Part shown: piece by piece, positions 48,701 through 62,486 of the stretch
How the letters are laid out: each line of letters starts with the position of its first letter
Position numbering within the stretch: the stretch's first letter is position 1
From: Takakia lepidozioides
Taxonomy: Eukaryota > Plantae > Bryophyta
NCBI GenBank assembly: GCA_030704615.1
Contig: CM060733.1
Location: 72,850,001-72,914,000 of the forward strand
Length of the DNA stretch: 64,000 bases
Direction of reading: 5' to 3'
Notes under the pieces: generated by a model
Database searches by the model: none
What the model was told of the DNA's origin: nothing
What the model saw: only the letters and a program-made list of their open reading frames with translations
Made by a program: the position numbers and the translations under genes

Positions 48701-51700
48701 GACAAGGTATGGTTCATATGAGTTCTTGGTGATGCCTTTTGGGCTCACCAATGCACCAGCGACATTTAGCACGCTGATGAACAGCCTTTTCCAGGAGTGG
48801 TTGGATGACTTTGTGATCGTGTACATCGACGACATCTTGGTGTACTCGAAAACAAAGGGGAGCACCTGGAGCACCTCAAAAGGGTGTTCCAAAAATTGCG
48901 AGAAGGGAAGCTGTATGCCAAAGCTTCAAAGTGCGAATTCGGGGTCACGAAAGTGGAGTTCTTGGGGCATGTGATTACACAGGATGGGATCAAAATGGAT
49001 GACAGAAAGGTGAGGGCGATCTTGGACTGGGAGCCTCCGACTTCGGTCCCGGGAGTGCGATCCTTCCTAGGACTCGCCTCCTATTACCGGAAGTATGTGA
49101 GAAATTTCGCCAAGATCGCGGGGCCGCTGTCGGACCTTCTGTGTAAATCCAAAGTCTGGGTATGGAACACATTTTGTGGCCAAGCTTTTGCTGAATTGAA
49201 GCAGCGGATGACGGAAGCTCCAGTCTTGAAAATCCCGGAGTTCGATCGTTCGTTTGAGATTCATACAGATGCATCGGACTTCGCGATTGGGGGTGTACTT
49301 ATGCAAGATGGACGTCCAGTGGCTTACGAAAGTAAGAAACTGAATGAAGTGGAGCGACGGTGGCCGACGCACGAAAAAGAGATGAAGGCGGTGGTGCATT
49401 GCCTTGAGCTCTGGCGCCACTATGTTGGTTCCAACCCAGTGAAGGTGTTCACGGACAATGTCACGGTGAAGTATTTTGCCACGCAGCCCAAGTTGTCCCC
49501 AAAACAACTTAGGTGGCAAGATACTTTGGCAGTGTTCGACGTGGATATCCAGTACAAACCGGGACGGGACAATGTGGTGGCCGATGCTTTAAGTAGAAAG
49601 CAGCAGCTCTTGTTGGTGTACAAGGGCGAGACGGCGCTCCAAAGGAAGATCCGGAAGGCTTGCCGGAAGGATGAGCTGGCGAAGTCCGTGATGCAGGACT
49701 TGAGGATGGGGGTTAAATCGCAGTTCCACTTGCAAAATGGACTGCTCCGGTATAAGCAAAAGCGTCTCTACGTGCCGAAGGGAGGGATCAGGATAGTCTC
49801 TTGAGAGAATGCCATGATAGCCCGCTTGCGGGCCACGGTGGAGCCAAGCGCACTGCGGCACTCTTGAAGAAAGAGTATTTCTGGCCCAAACTGAGGGAGG
49901 AGGCAGAGGAGTATGTCAAGACATGCACCACATGCCAACAAAACCGGAGCGAGTACAAAAAGCAAGCGGGGCTGTTACAACCCTTGCCGATTCCAGAGGG
50001 GACTTGGGAAAGCGTCTCGATGGATTTCATGACTGCTATGCCGCTGTCAAAAGGATTCGATGCAATCATGGTGGTGGTAGATAGGTTCAGTAAAATGGGC
50101 CATTTCATCCCCACCAAGGAGACGGCAACGGCGCAGGAGACAGGGCGACTTTACTTCGCCCACGTCTTAAAGCATCATGGAGTCCCGAAGGATATTGTCT
50201 CGGACCGCGATCCAAAGTTTACGAGTAAATTCTGGAGAGCACTTTGGAAGAAGATGGGGACGAGGCTGAAGATGAGCACCGCCTTCCGACCTACGACGGA
50301 CGGCCAAACGGAAAGAGTGAATTTCCGTAGTGAAGCAATTCTTGCGGAATTACGTGTCGGCAGACCAATCAGACTGGATGGAACACTTAGACGCGGCAGA
50401 GTTCTGTTATAATAACACAGAACACTCCGCAACAGGAGTTTCCCATTTCGTGTTGGTCTATGGAAAAGCACCTCTGGTGCCGACAAGTTGGGCCGCCCAG
50501 GACGTTGAGGAATCCGGCAGTAGCGGCGGTACTGGAAGAACGCGAGCGTTTGTTGAAGCTCGCAAAGTACAATATTGCCAAAGCTAGGAAACGGTATGAA
50601 AGGCAGGCGAATCGGAAGCGGAGGGAAGTGAAGTTTGAGGCAGGCACAGAGGTCTGGTTGAACATCAAGAATTTTCGACTACCTCCGGAAGTGAGTCCGA
50701 AGTTCGTGCCTCCGTATGCGGGACCCTTTCACATTCGGAAGGTTATGAATGAGGATGTGTATGAATTGGAGCTGCCGGCAAACAGCAAGGTGCACCCAGT
50801 ATTCCATGTCTCCTTTTTGAAGCCTTACTTCAAAGATGAAGCGTGTCCGAATCGGCATCAAGTGTTGCGTCCGCCACCTATGCTGTTGGATCATGAAAAT
50901 GAACCTGAGTACGAGGTGGAGGCAATACTTAAGTCGAGGAGGTTCAGGAACCGAAAAACGGAGTATCTCGTCAAATGGAAGGGCTATCATCATGTGGAGG
51001 CATCTTGGGTGCGTGCCTCAGAAATGGGAAACGCATCCGAGGCGGTTGCAGCTTTCGAAGGGCGACCTCAAAAGCGGAAGAAGCGTTGATGGGGACATCA
51101 ACCTTGGAGCGTGGGGGAGGAAATGCATGCTTAGCCCGGTTTAGCTAGCTCAGGAATCCGATTGCAAAAACTTGTATTGTACAAAAATTTGTTATAAAGG
51201 AAATGGGTTCCAAATATTGTGCGTCCTATTGTGTTTGGAATGGTGATGCATGGTGTGGTTGGCTAGTGTGTAGAATGCATGCTAGCTTACAAAAGTGGGA
51301 GAGGTAAATTGGGTAATCGTGTGTTTGCGCAGTGCCGAAATCGGGTGACTCCCATCCAAGGGGCAAGGAAACTTGCGCCTTCTTTGGGAGTTCACGTGCT
51401 AGTGCGCACCTAGCGCGTGCGCGTACTATAACTGCGCTACCGAGGGGGTTGCCTTGTAGTGCGGGCTAATGCAGAAGCTACGTGCTTCTGTTCACGTACT
51501 ATAATCGTGTAGCCTCGAGACGAAGTCGTAGTGCGGCTTCGGCGTGTTCCCGTACCTCAGGCCAGCATTCCAAGGCGGACCCATTTGTAGTGATTGGGGC
51601 GCACGGTTGGTTCAAGGTTATCTTCCTAGTCAAAGAGGGTTCCAGGTGAACCCTTGCTCAAGGTGATGCCAAAAGCGGCATCATGAGCGATCGCAAGCAA

Positions 51701-52721
51701 TGTTGTTGCAGTAAGGCGATTTGATCCTCGGGGAGGATCGTTCCTTGGCCTTGAAGTAGGCCAAGAAGAGTGCACTGGGAGGAGCTGGAGAGGCTCCACC
51801 CTTGGCCGGGACTTGGAGGAAGTCGGCCGAACTAGCTAGTGGAGAGTAGAGTCAAGTGTGGGGTTTGGTTCCTTACCATGGGACGCCATGGTACAGAAAC
51901 AAACTCCTTGATGTGGGACGCCACAACTTGGATGTTCGTTTCTACAAAATGGACAAGTCGATGAGGACATCGACTCCCTGTTGGTAGGGGTGTGTGTCGC
52001 GGCCCTTTGCCTTGAGGGCAGGGGGTCGGGACACATGAGGGGCTGCCCCTGTGGTGGGGGCAGCGGCAGCGATAGGTATGGGGGGCTGAGGCACCCTTGA
52101 GTGCCCAAGGCACTCAGGGAAGCGGAGGCGCTCACTAGGTGGAGCCCCGCACACCGGGTTGCGCTGGGGGTGGCTCCACAAGGGGTGGTGGTAGCTTAGT
52201 GGGACTTAGTGGGGGTGGCATAGGACTCACCATGGGGGCGGAGACCTCGTGGTGGGAGTCGTGGGGAGTCTTGGGACTCATCACGGTCCATAGGGGCCGT
52301 GGTGAGCGGGCCAAGACTCACCGCGACTCACCACCGGGAATCGAGGGTCTTCGTGGTGGTTTGCCATAAAATGGCATGGCTGGTTGTGAAACCCCCGCGG
52401 ACAGCTACAGAAGTATATATAGGGAGTAGTAACCCCGAGAACGGTGCAAGCCCGTTGGTGACCAAAAACTAGTGAGTAAGCGAGCGAGCCGGAAAGCGAC
52501 CAAAGAGTGGGGAGCTGTTCCGGACTGCCATCTACCAAAGGGAATTCTCCTAGTCCCAATTAGGTGGAGGGTTTTAGAGGGAAGCGAAGGGGGGACCGTT
52601 ATGTCCCGGTGAGCAGCCGAAGCTCCAAGTTGGCCCGGCGGCCAGGTTGGGAGTCAGGCGCGCGCATCAAAGCGAGTAACTATGACTTGAAGGGGAGTTT
52701 ACCGAAGTGAGGTGCGCGACA
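45757..52721 (+). mobile_element. Full-length young Ty3/gypsy chromovirus
   Basis: LTRs 45757-46482 and 51995-52721 (TGTCGCG...CGCGACA; I see only 2 substitutions and 1 indel); TSD ATGCG (45752-56, 52722-26); tRNA-iMet PBS TGGTATCAGAGC at 46485; PPT before 51995. Confidence 0.97.
46538..51089 (+). CDS. pol: gag-pol with chromodomain (several 1-nt frameshifts)
   Basis: gag [19 protein letters not shown]; [10 protein letters not shown]; RT YIDDIL; RH HTDASD; IN HHCC and SMDF..SDRD; chromodomain EYEVEAIL...YLVKWKGY. Confidence 0.92.
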
Positions 52722-53102
52722 ATGCGTGTGCAAGCCTGGGAGCTCTGGAAAAGGGGAAAGAGGTCCATGGTGACATCGTCAAAGCTGGAATTGTACCAGA
52801 TGTCATCTTGAACACTGCCCTGGTGGACATGTATGCCAAATGTGGGTGCATTAAGGATGCGAAGGGAGTTATTTCAACACTATGGAAGCCCAACCACATC
52901 ACGTTTGTGTGTGTTTGCAGTGCGTGTACAAGCCTGACAGCCCTGGAAAATGGCAAAGAGGTGCATGGTTGCATCGCCAAAGCTGGAATTGTACCAGATG
53001 TGATTCTGAACAATACACTCATGAACATGTATGCCAAATGTGGGAGCATTGAGGATGAGGAAGGAGTGGTCAACAGTATGGCTGAACGAGATTTGGTGTC
53101 AT
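52722..53102 (+). pseudogene. PPR repeats
   Basis: ACASLGALEKGKEVHG...NMYAKCGSIED...ERDLVS. Confidence 0.9.
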
Positions 53103-53777
53103 GGGTGATTGCAGCCTACAATGTCCATTTTTTGCTGTCACAGCACTCTCCAGACATAGAATAGTAATAAATTATCATACTCCTACATGACAATGTCATC
53201 AATAAAAAATATATAGAGGCTCATCTACATTTACTTTCACACTTTTAAACTCATTATCAAAAACCAGAATCTCTAGATGCTATGGACTTTTAAAAAGTCC
53301 ATAAGGAATTGTCACAGTCCATAAAAAAAGATATTATAGACTTTTTTAATATAGGAGTTAGAACAAAGTCAAGAAAAGGGACTCTCTCAACCTTGCTTTG
53401 GAGAATGAGGAATCTGGAATGAAAACTATCATTCAAAAATATGAAGTTAAAAAAAAATTATGTACTATATTGAGCCTCAAAAATAGCTATTTTCATAAGT
53501 CCTTTATGACTAAATTCTTTTGAAATAACAAAACTTTTTTCATTAGACGCATTCATTCACCATAAATGCAGAGTTGATTATGATCAAATTTCAAAAAAAC
53601 ATTTGTGAATTGATATTATTGCAATTTAAAAATCTTGGTTTTAACAGTCAATAATAGACGGTCAAGATTGTCAGTTGAAGCAAATCTGATGGTTGAGGAT
53701 TTGCCACATCCTCCTTTATGTACTCTTTATGTACTCATGATTTGCCGTTTTTGGTCCACTCTAGTTTGCAATCACCC
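53103..53777. mobile_element. AT-rich MITE with GGG...CCC ends and 4-bp TSD
   Basis: TIR GGGTGATTGCAGCCTA / TAGTTTGCAATCACCC; TSD TCAT (53099-53102, 53778-53781). Removal restores 'GTGTCATGGAACGCC' (VSWNA). Confidence 0.85.
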
Positions 53778-54610
53778 TCATGGAACGCCATGCTTGTAGG
53801 ATATGCACAGCAGGGGCGCGAAATGGAGGCCTTGGAGACCTATGAGCATATGATGGGGGAAGGGGTGAAGTGCAACCACATCAGTATCACATTCTCTCTG
53901 CATGCAGCCACACTGACCTACTGAATGAAGGAAGACGCTACTTCGATTCCCTGAGTCAAGATCATGGTGTCAGTGCCCTGCCAGTAAAGCACTTTGGCTT
54001 CATGGTGGACCTTCTGGACGCGCGGGCCAACTACATGAGGCAGTGGACCTGATTAATAAAATGCCAATCAATCCAGATGTTGTGGTGTGGAAGGCCTTGC
54101 TTGGTGCCTGCAGAATCCATGGCAATGTGGAGATGGCTGTGGCAACATCTATCCTCAAGTGGGATGAAAAGGATGTCGCGACTTATGCGTTGCTATATCA
54201 AACATCTATGCTGCAACTGGTAGGTGGGATAATACTGCAAAGGTGAGAAGAATGATGAAGGTCAGAGGGGTTAAAAAGGAGCTAGATGACAAGTTGCATC
54301 CCAGAATTAAGGAAATCCATGCTGAGCTGAGAAGATTGTCTGGGCAGATGAAGGAGGCGGGGTATGTGCCTGACACACGCTCTTTATTGCATGATATGGA
54401 GGAAGGAATTTTCTCTTTGCCACCACAGTGAGAAGCTGGCCATTCGTTTGGGCTGATCAGCAGGACTCATCAAGAATCTTCGAGGGTGTAGAGACTGCCA
54501 CACCTCCACCAAATTCATCTCAAAGATTGTTGGCCGAGCAATTGTTGTATGGGACGCTAACTACTTTCCATCACTTTGAAGATGAGATTTGTTCTTGTGG
54601 TGATTACTAG
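53778..54610 (+). pseudogene. PPR C-terminus: last repeats, E and DYW domains (frameshifted; W codon is TAG)
   Basis: ILSACSH, VWKALLGACRIHGN, HPRIKEIHAEL..MKEAGYVPDT, HSEKL, DCHTSTKFISK, FHHFEDEICSCGDY*. Confidence 0.92.
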
Positions 54611-54928
54611 TGAAAGGATGTTTTCTTGGAAAGAATTTGCTAGTGTTTTGCTTCATTCATTGATCTGTGTAGCTACTCAGATCATCCACCATTTCCTGAG
54701 AGTACTGACCATCATGTACTGTTGAGTGTGCAAGATGCAAGTGTCTTGCTTCATTCATTGATCTGTGTAGCTACTCAGACCATCCACCATTTCTTGATAG
54801 TGGGGTCTACCCGGTATAGGTGGGAAGTCAGCCCACAATTGCACTTGACTGAAGGGGTGATTTTTGACTGATTCTGGTGATAGTGGATGGAAATCAGAGT
54901 GCTGGTCAGACGGGTTAGAAAGGAGCCA

Positions 54929-55545
54929 CATGACAAGTTGCATCCCAGAATTAAGGAAATCCATGCTGAGCTGAGAAGATTGTCTGGGGAGATGAAGGAG
55001 GCGGGGTATATGCCTGACACACGCTCTTTATTGCATGATATGGAGGAGAGGAATTTTCTCTTTGCCACCACAGTGAGAAGCTGGCCATTGGTTTTGGGCT
55101 GATCAGCACGACTCATCAAGAATCTTCGAGTGCGTGGAGACTGCCACACCTCCACCAAATCCATCTCAAAGATTGTTGGCCGAGCAATTGTTGTATGGGA
55201 CGCTAACTACTTTCCACTACTTTGAAGATGGGATTTGTTCTTGTGGTGATTACTGGTGAAAGGATGTTTTCTTGGAAAGAATCTACTAGTGTCTTGCTTC
55301 ATTCATTGATCTGTGTAGCTACTCATATCATCCACCATTTCCCGAGAGTACTGACCATCATGTACTGTTGAGTGTGCAAGATACAAGTGTCTTGCTTCAT
55401 TCATTGATCTGTGTAGCTACTCAGACCATCCACCATTTCCTGATAGTGGGGTCTACCCGGCATAGGTGGGAAGTCAGCACACAAGTGCACTTGACTGAAG
55501 GGTGATTTTTGACTGATTATGGTGACAGTGGATGGAAATCAGAGT
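54929..55545 (+). repeat. Tandem duplicate (approx 0.64 kb) of DYW domain plus 3' UTR
   Basis: Matches about 54286-54900; ends CSCGDYW* at 55259. Confidence 0.9.
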
Positions 55546-56327
55546 ATTGTCCTAATTCTGGTGGTGGAGCTTGTCCAAAGCTTGAAGATGGAAGTGAATA
55601 CGAATTTTAACGAGCTTGATGAGAGGGGCAGCCCTGTGCACAAGTTTGTTCAACATCTTAAATTTGGACATATTTGTTTGTTTCTCGAGGTGTGGCTTTG
55701 GATGGAGCCTTTGACGAACTTGCATGAATATTGTCAAAAGCTAGCGTTAACCCACCAAGATCCAATCCCATGGTGGATGCTTGAAAGTTCATATAGTGAA
55801 TGTAAGGGTATTTGGGTATGTTGATATTGATTGATGCGGCTTGTGAAAATTGAACATTGAAATGCAGATCCGCCATTTTTCTTCCAGAAAAAAACAAAAC
55901 ACGAGATCTCTGCATGTAACACCGTGGGGATGACCCACCCTTTTTTTGTGAAAAATTGAACGTAGTTCTCAGAATTTGTCGCTAGTAGTGCGGACCAACG
56001 CGAAGCCCTAGTTCTAGCGACGACCGAATGCCGGAAGCTAGTTTAGCGTAGAGCAGGAATAGGGTGCCTTAGTGCCACATCATCGTAGACATGTCATCGT
56101 CGCCACGTTTCGTAGACACGTCATCGTAGCCATGTCATCGTCGTCGTCAAATTTCTTATATCTGCCCGGACTGCCCGCCCAAAAAACCCCAAAGCGCCAT
56201 GTTTTTTTGGAGCGTTCACGGACTGCCCGGTTCTTGAACTGCAGGAGCTCTGCGTTTTCCGCCATCGTTTACCTTGCAAGCTGCAAGCTCTCAACACTCT
56301 CGCTGCTCAATGCAAACCGTGGCTTTT

Positions 56328-56940
56328 CCCTCAACGATCTTTGATCACGTGGAATATAATGTTGGCAGGATTTACCGAGCATGGGATGCTTTGGAGACCT
56401 ATGAGCAAATGATGCGCGAAGGGGTGAAGCCCAACCACATCATGTTTGTTTGTGTTTGCAATGCGTGTGCAAGCCTAGGAGCCCTGGAAAAGGGGAAATA
56501 GGTCGGATTTTTGAGCACAAACGTCTACCTTGGAGTATGGAGCAGAGCTGGCATGAGTTTTTTAAATATCCTTCACGATGGTGGGACAACCGCAATCGCA
56601 AGGTGTGATTTTTTCTTAATGTACCATGTGAAGAAGTTTTTCCATCGTGCAAATGTGGGCTCTTGGCTCTTCATGTTATACCATGATTTTGTATAATTCC
56701 TGATGTTTACAAGGTTCTTGGGAGAGTCAGCTTGGTCTTAGCAGGCCGTGTTTCAATCTATGCCTGCTCAGCTGCACCGTGGTGGTTCTCACAGACCAAT
56801 CTGACATTACCTGACTACAGACACAAGCAGCACACACAAGAGGTCCTTTTGGGTTGATGGTCGGTCAAATCCTCCATGGATCATGACACAAGGTCAAGGA
56901 CAATGTGGTGAGGGCACCTTCTTCTTCGACCTATTTCGAC
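56328..56940 (+). pseudogene. Further PPR fragment joined to inverted copy of the 30.4-31.2-kb block
   Basis: CTCAACGATCTTTGATCACGTGGAATATAATG identical to 15061; ORF 56883 matches ORF 30599-30844. Confidence 0.8.
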
Positions 56941-57786
56941 CTGTTCCATTCAGATCCAGGGTGCACTCCAGATTCCACGAAAAGTCACTGCGTACAGCTA
57001 CATTGGGGAATGCCGTATCAGGTATCTGTCAACTTACTCCAGGGGTTCGAATGTGGGAACTGGTGAAAGTGATCTGCATGATGAGGATAACATTTGTGCC
57101 ATGAATCTCACCCGCATCCACTGGGCTGATTTTTCATGATGATTCTCATTTAAAGAAGGGAGACCTACTACCCCAACTTTGCTCCCTCCCTTGATTTCAC
57201 TTATTGAATCAAGCAGTTTAATCCAAACACAAGAACTCCTGCTATGGTAGCACAGTTCTAGATTGAGCAGCTGTGGACATTTCATTTTGTCACTGAATTC
57301 CAGATTAACCTGGTTGCATGATACTTGAAGGAAAAACCAATTGGAGGAGGGTTGTTGAACTGTTGGTCCATGGCTCCTGCGCATCCTTGATTCCGATTTT
57401 CCCAGCTACGACGGGCACCCATGGAGAAGAATGCGCACTGCTATGCTGTTGCGGCGGAACTGCTGCCAGTGGACGTGGGTGGATTCCATCGGAGAGACTT
57501 ATACTCCTGAAGGAGTGCGCTCCTCTTCTCCATTGTATGGGGACATTCGCATTGGTGTGGACGACGAAAACGTGAAGCTTTCCATATTCGATGGTGGTAT
57601 GATTGAAGGGCACGACATTGTGGTGAACATCAACAAGGGCGGTACAACGGCTGCAATCCAGTTTACCTGGAGGAGCCCCATGACTCATGAGCTAGTTCTC
57701 AGAGCAGTCGAAGTCCCATTGACAACGTGACTTGTATTCATAAGGCACAGGGCTAAAGATTTGTTTCACAATCAGCACAGTAGACG

Positions 57787-58760
57787 TGCTTCAAATGCAA
57801 TTCACGTGGATCAATAAAAACCCCATTGTGCCTTCTTTTTGTTCTATTCTGTATCCATCGTTCCCAGAATGCATCATTCCTCATTTCGTTTGGGATTGGG
57901 AGTGTGGGTGGATTTTGCAAGTGGCTGGGAGGCTGAAATGGGCCCCCATTGTACAGAGCAGTACCACCCTACCATTCGCGAAACATTGCCTTTCAATATG
58001 TAATTCTAAAAAACATTGCCGAACCTCCTTCATCGGGAGGTCCTTCTCCCCCTATGACCGTGACACCCTAAACCCTATTCCCGCGGACACTCATTTCCGG
58101 AAAATAGTCCTGCTCATGTTTTTTTCGACACTTACGACTCTGCTCATGGCTCATGCCGCTCATGGCTCATGGCTCATGAAATAGCAGCCCCCCACCCTTG
58201 GCTATACTAGAAGTCTCTGTTACCATATAACCATATGGCAAACACGTTTGGAAAGCTGTTCTTGGTGTAAGTTTGATCCACAAGATATCCTTGGGAATCC
58301 AATTCTTTACCAGTACAAGTTCTTCATGCATATGAGTGTAAACATTCACTTTTCGTTCCTCCCAGCCATCAAACTCCACTCGTTTAATGGATAGCAACGA
58401 TATCACATAAACTAGCATTGGTAACCAACTTGCTCTTCCTCTACAGGCCACTTGATAAATCTTTATCACTCCTTTCTCTAGACCCCACTCAGGATCTGCA
58501 TCATGCACTCTCTTAAGAATGTTTTCTTTGCAACCGTCTGGCAATTCCAAGAATCTCTGAAAGAATTGCTTGGACAACCTTTCTTTCTCAGTTCCACAGG
58601 GAATTTGATTCACATCAAATTCTTTAATTCTCCAACCACCATGATCCCACCAGATGCCAGTCACATCTGGTTGTTCTTGACCCAGTTCCCCAGTATGGTC
58701 GCCAAATGTCAAGCGGCTTTTACTCACCCATCCCTTTGCTATCCGAGGTGGAAACTCCAA
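57787..58760 (-). mobile_element. 3' end of a minus-strand LTR element (unknown extra ORF, PPT, probable LTR)
   Basis: ORF 58167-58760 runs into purine tract AAGGGTGGGGGC followed by TGCT...; candidate LTR end ...AGCA at about 57787. Confidence 0.4.
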
Positions 58761-58987
58761 GATAGAAGAGTTGGATATCTCTAAGCACTCAGCCCTCTCA
58801 GAACAAATCAGTCATGACCTACAGCTAGTGTATTGTGGTTGTGCTTCCTGTTTGTATTTCTTCTTGCTTTCATGTTAACAAATTACCTTGTTGTGTATAC
58901 TTAAGCATCAGATTGCTTCAGTAATCTTTTAGGTTCCATTCACTCATCCATTCATTCCACAGCTTCACTCAAGTCTCTCTACACAGT

Positions 58988-61900
58988 GTGATTATATCGA
59001 ATATAGAAGCCGGACCGAGTGTAGCCGTGAGTGTGGTAACCCCTATAGTGGATACCCTTGCGGTAACCCGAACTCAGGCCAAGAAACAGAAACCTCCAGA
59101 TAAGGAGATTGAAGAAGAACGGAAACAATATCCAGAAAGTGCAGCATGGCAAGAAGAAAAGAGCTTACACCAGGGGGTAAGTAAAGCCATAGCTCAGATG
59201 CAAGAAAGAACCCATATACCTTATGGAGAGCCAACTCCAGATAATCAAATCAGACCAACGATGAAGACCACGAATAAAACCACGGAAACAGAATTGGCTG
59301 AAGTAATCTGTCAGACCAAGACCCAAATTACCATTGGACAATTATTAAAAATTGCTCCACACTGCAAGAAAACTTTATTTCAGGCAATCGAGGCATTGAC
59401 CCCCACACCAAAACAAAAACCAACACCAGAGGTTTACACGATTAAACCCACAACTATACGACAAACTCCAGACTACGACGAAGCAATACCCGTAATGCAA
59501 GTACGTATTGGACGGAAGCTCGTAACGGATGTACTCATCGATGGAGGATCCGGAGTGAATATCATGACAATAAAAATGAAGAAGTCACTAGGATTGGGGC
59601 ACATGGAACCTGCTCCATTCACGATACGAATGGCTCATCAACGAAAAGTGCAGCCATTGGGTATCATCAGACGACTTGCAATGGAAGTAGCAGGACTGGT
59701 ATACGAAGTATCAGTAACCATTCTCAGAATGGAGGATGTGGCAGAAGGATACTCGCTACTACTTGGCCGACCATGGTTAATACAAGCCTAATCACACCAT
59801 GATTGGGGAAGTCAGACTCTCACGGTCAAAAAAAGATCAGAAAAAGTCACCATCACTACGAAGCAACAAGGTACCATTCCACAAGAGAAACGACCTTGCA
59901 TAGTGGAAGAGTATGATTGGTCCAGTGGACTGTCGGATGAAGAAGAAGCCACAGTATATGCAGCACATCCACAGTTGGAACCTATTGGGCAATTAGTGGT
60001 CAAGCATACCACAACAGTAGGATGTCACATGGTGAACACCCAAGGAGAACCGAATACTTCGAGAACGAAAGATCCGGAGGAAGAAGCGATGGACACACCT
60101 CAACACCCTGCCCGTCTCTATCAAGAAAGGGAAGAGGACATTCAAATCAGTGAAGTACTTGCCACGATTGCAACCATCGGACAAGAGATTGCAGGATGGA
60201 CAGTAACGGAAGAAACTCAATTGATTCAAGTGAATCTGGGAACAGTGGAAAAACCACAGATAATACGAGTAAGTGCAGGTCTTGAAGAATCATTTCTACA
60301 AGAAGCCACTGCCTTATTCACTGAATACAAGGATGTATTTGCCTGGAACTACAAAGATTTGAAAGGTATACCTTCCAACATCTGTCAACACCGAATTGAA
60401 TTGGAAATTGACTCAAAACCAATTCGTCAGAACCGTTACAGAATGAACCCCAACTATGCAGCTAAAGTTTGAGAAATTACTGGATGCAGGATTCATATAC
60501 CCAGTAGAGACACCACAATGGCTATCGCCCATTGTGATAGTACCCAAGAAAAATGGAAAACTGCAAGTATGTGTGGACTACCGCAAGTTAAACGCAGGAA
60601 CCAAGAAAGACCCCTTTCCACTACCTTTTACTGAAATAGTGTTGGACACAGTGGCCGGACATGAGATGTACTCATTCATGGATGGGTTTAGTGGGTACAA
60701 TCAGGTGCAGATGGCAAAAGAAGACCGTGAAAAGACCGCATTCATCACTGAATGTGGAGCCTATGCTTACAAAGTCATGTCATTTGGACTTTGCAACGCA
60801 CCAACCACGTTTCAGCGAGCAGTATCTGAGATATTCAAGAATTATCTCAACGATTTTATGCAGGTGTTTTTGGATGATTTCAGTGTCTTCGGACAGAAAT
60901 CCAAACACTTGGCATAGTTAAAACTGTGCCTACAAGCCTGCAGAAACAATGGAGTAAGTCTCAATCCGGAAAAATGTACATTTTGTGTGAATTCAGGATT
61001 ATTGTTGGGACACATTGTGTGCCAACAGGGAATTCTGGTGGATCCAAAGAAAGTGGAGGTTATCCAGAAAATACCACCACCAGAAATCCCAAGAAACTTA
61101 AGAGATTTCTGGGACAGACGAGCTATTACAGAAGGTACATGGACAAATATGCTCACAGAGCAGCACCAGTCTATAGACTGCTGAAGCAAGATGTCGAATA
61201 CCGATGGTCTCCAGCTTGCCAGGAATCATTCGATTCACTAAAAAGAACACTCACAACAACACCAATTCTGATAAATCCAAGATGGGATTTACCATTTCAT
61301 GTACACAGTGATGCATCAGGCATTGCTTTGGGAGCAGTTTTAGCTCAGAATGTGACAGACACAATAGATTCACCGATCTATTATGCAAGCAGATTGTTGA
61401 CAGCAGCCGAGAAGAACTATAGCACCACAGAAAGGGAAGCATTGGCAATGATTTATGTTGTTCAGAAGTTTCGGCATTATTTACTTGGCAATCGCTTTAA
61501 GTTTATTGTTGATCATCAGGCTCTAGTTCATTTAGCAAATCGACCACTAGCTAGTGGCAGGGTTGCTCGATGGTTATTACTTCTTCATGAGTATGATTTT
61601 GAAGTTGTTCATAAACCAGGGAGATTACATGTTACAGCAGATCATCTGACAATGATTACTACAGGAGAACCAGCCACGGGGGTAGAGGATCAACTTCCCG
61701 ACGCATTTATGTTTGTTGTACAACCAGAAGCACCAGATGAAGAGACAGATCCTATAGACGCTCTGGGAATGTTTCAAGGAGACTATGACCTTCCAGATGC
61801 TCTTAAACTCATGGATGACACTGATGAAGAAGAGGACTCATCAGATGAAGATGAACCTCTTGATGAAGGACCTATTATTGAGGAAGAGCCAGATCCAGAA

Positions 61901-62486
61901 GAAGAAGATAACAAGGAAAACGAAGAAACAAACAATCAAAGAATTGGCCAATATCAGTATTAGAGCTTATACAGTTACCAAAGAAGAATCAGAAGACATT
62001 CATGATCAAGATCAAGATGATTGGAATCAAATACTATCTGAACACAGGGAAATTTCCTGAAGACTACACCAAAGATGGCAGGAGGAAGCTTTCAATGAAA
62101 AACAAGCCAAATGTACAAAAGAGGAATTGACTCCATAATGAGAAGATGTGTAAACAAAGAGCAAGCCAAAACAGTAATGCAAGAACTACACGAAGGAATT
62201 GTAGGAGGACACTTCAGTTCGGACCTGCTAGCAAAGAAGATATTATTAGCAGGTTACTGGTGGCCTACTGTATTTGGAGATACTTATGAACACTGTCAAT
62301 AGTGTGATGTTTGCCAGAGGATGGGACCAGTAGAACGAACTGGGAAAGGTACTCTACACCCAATACTACCAACAGAACCATTTCAGCGCTAGGGGCTAGA
62401 CTTCGTGGGACCCATTAAACCTCCAGCAAGGTACACACAAAACCAATACATCATCATAGCCACTGACTACACTACCAGATGGGTAG
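58988..62486 (+). mobile_element. pol: gypsy copy A2 (PR-RT-RH-part IN), truncated at both ends
   Basis: Near-identical to 6004-9255, including the acidic linker; has its own stops. Confidence 0.92.

Noticed and set aside
53778-55259. Functional DYW editing enzyme
   Set aside because: Deletions, frameshifts, degraded CxxC, premature stop and multiple TE insertions upstream.
55550-57780. Possible TE end (about 55920-56320) and coding-like stretch (about 56950-57780)
   Set aside because: No recognisable motif, TIR or TSD could be fixed; left unannotated.
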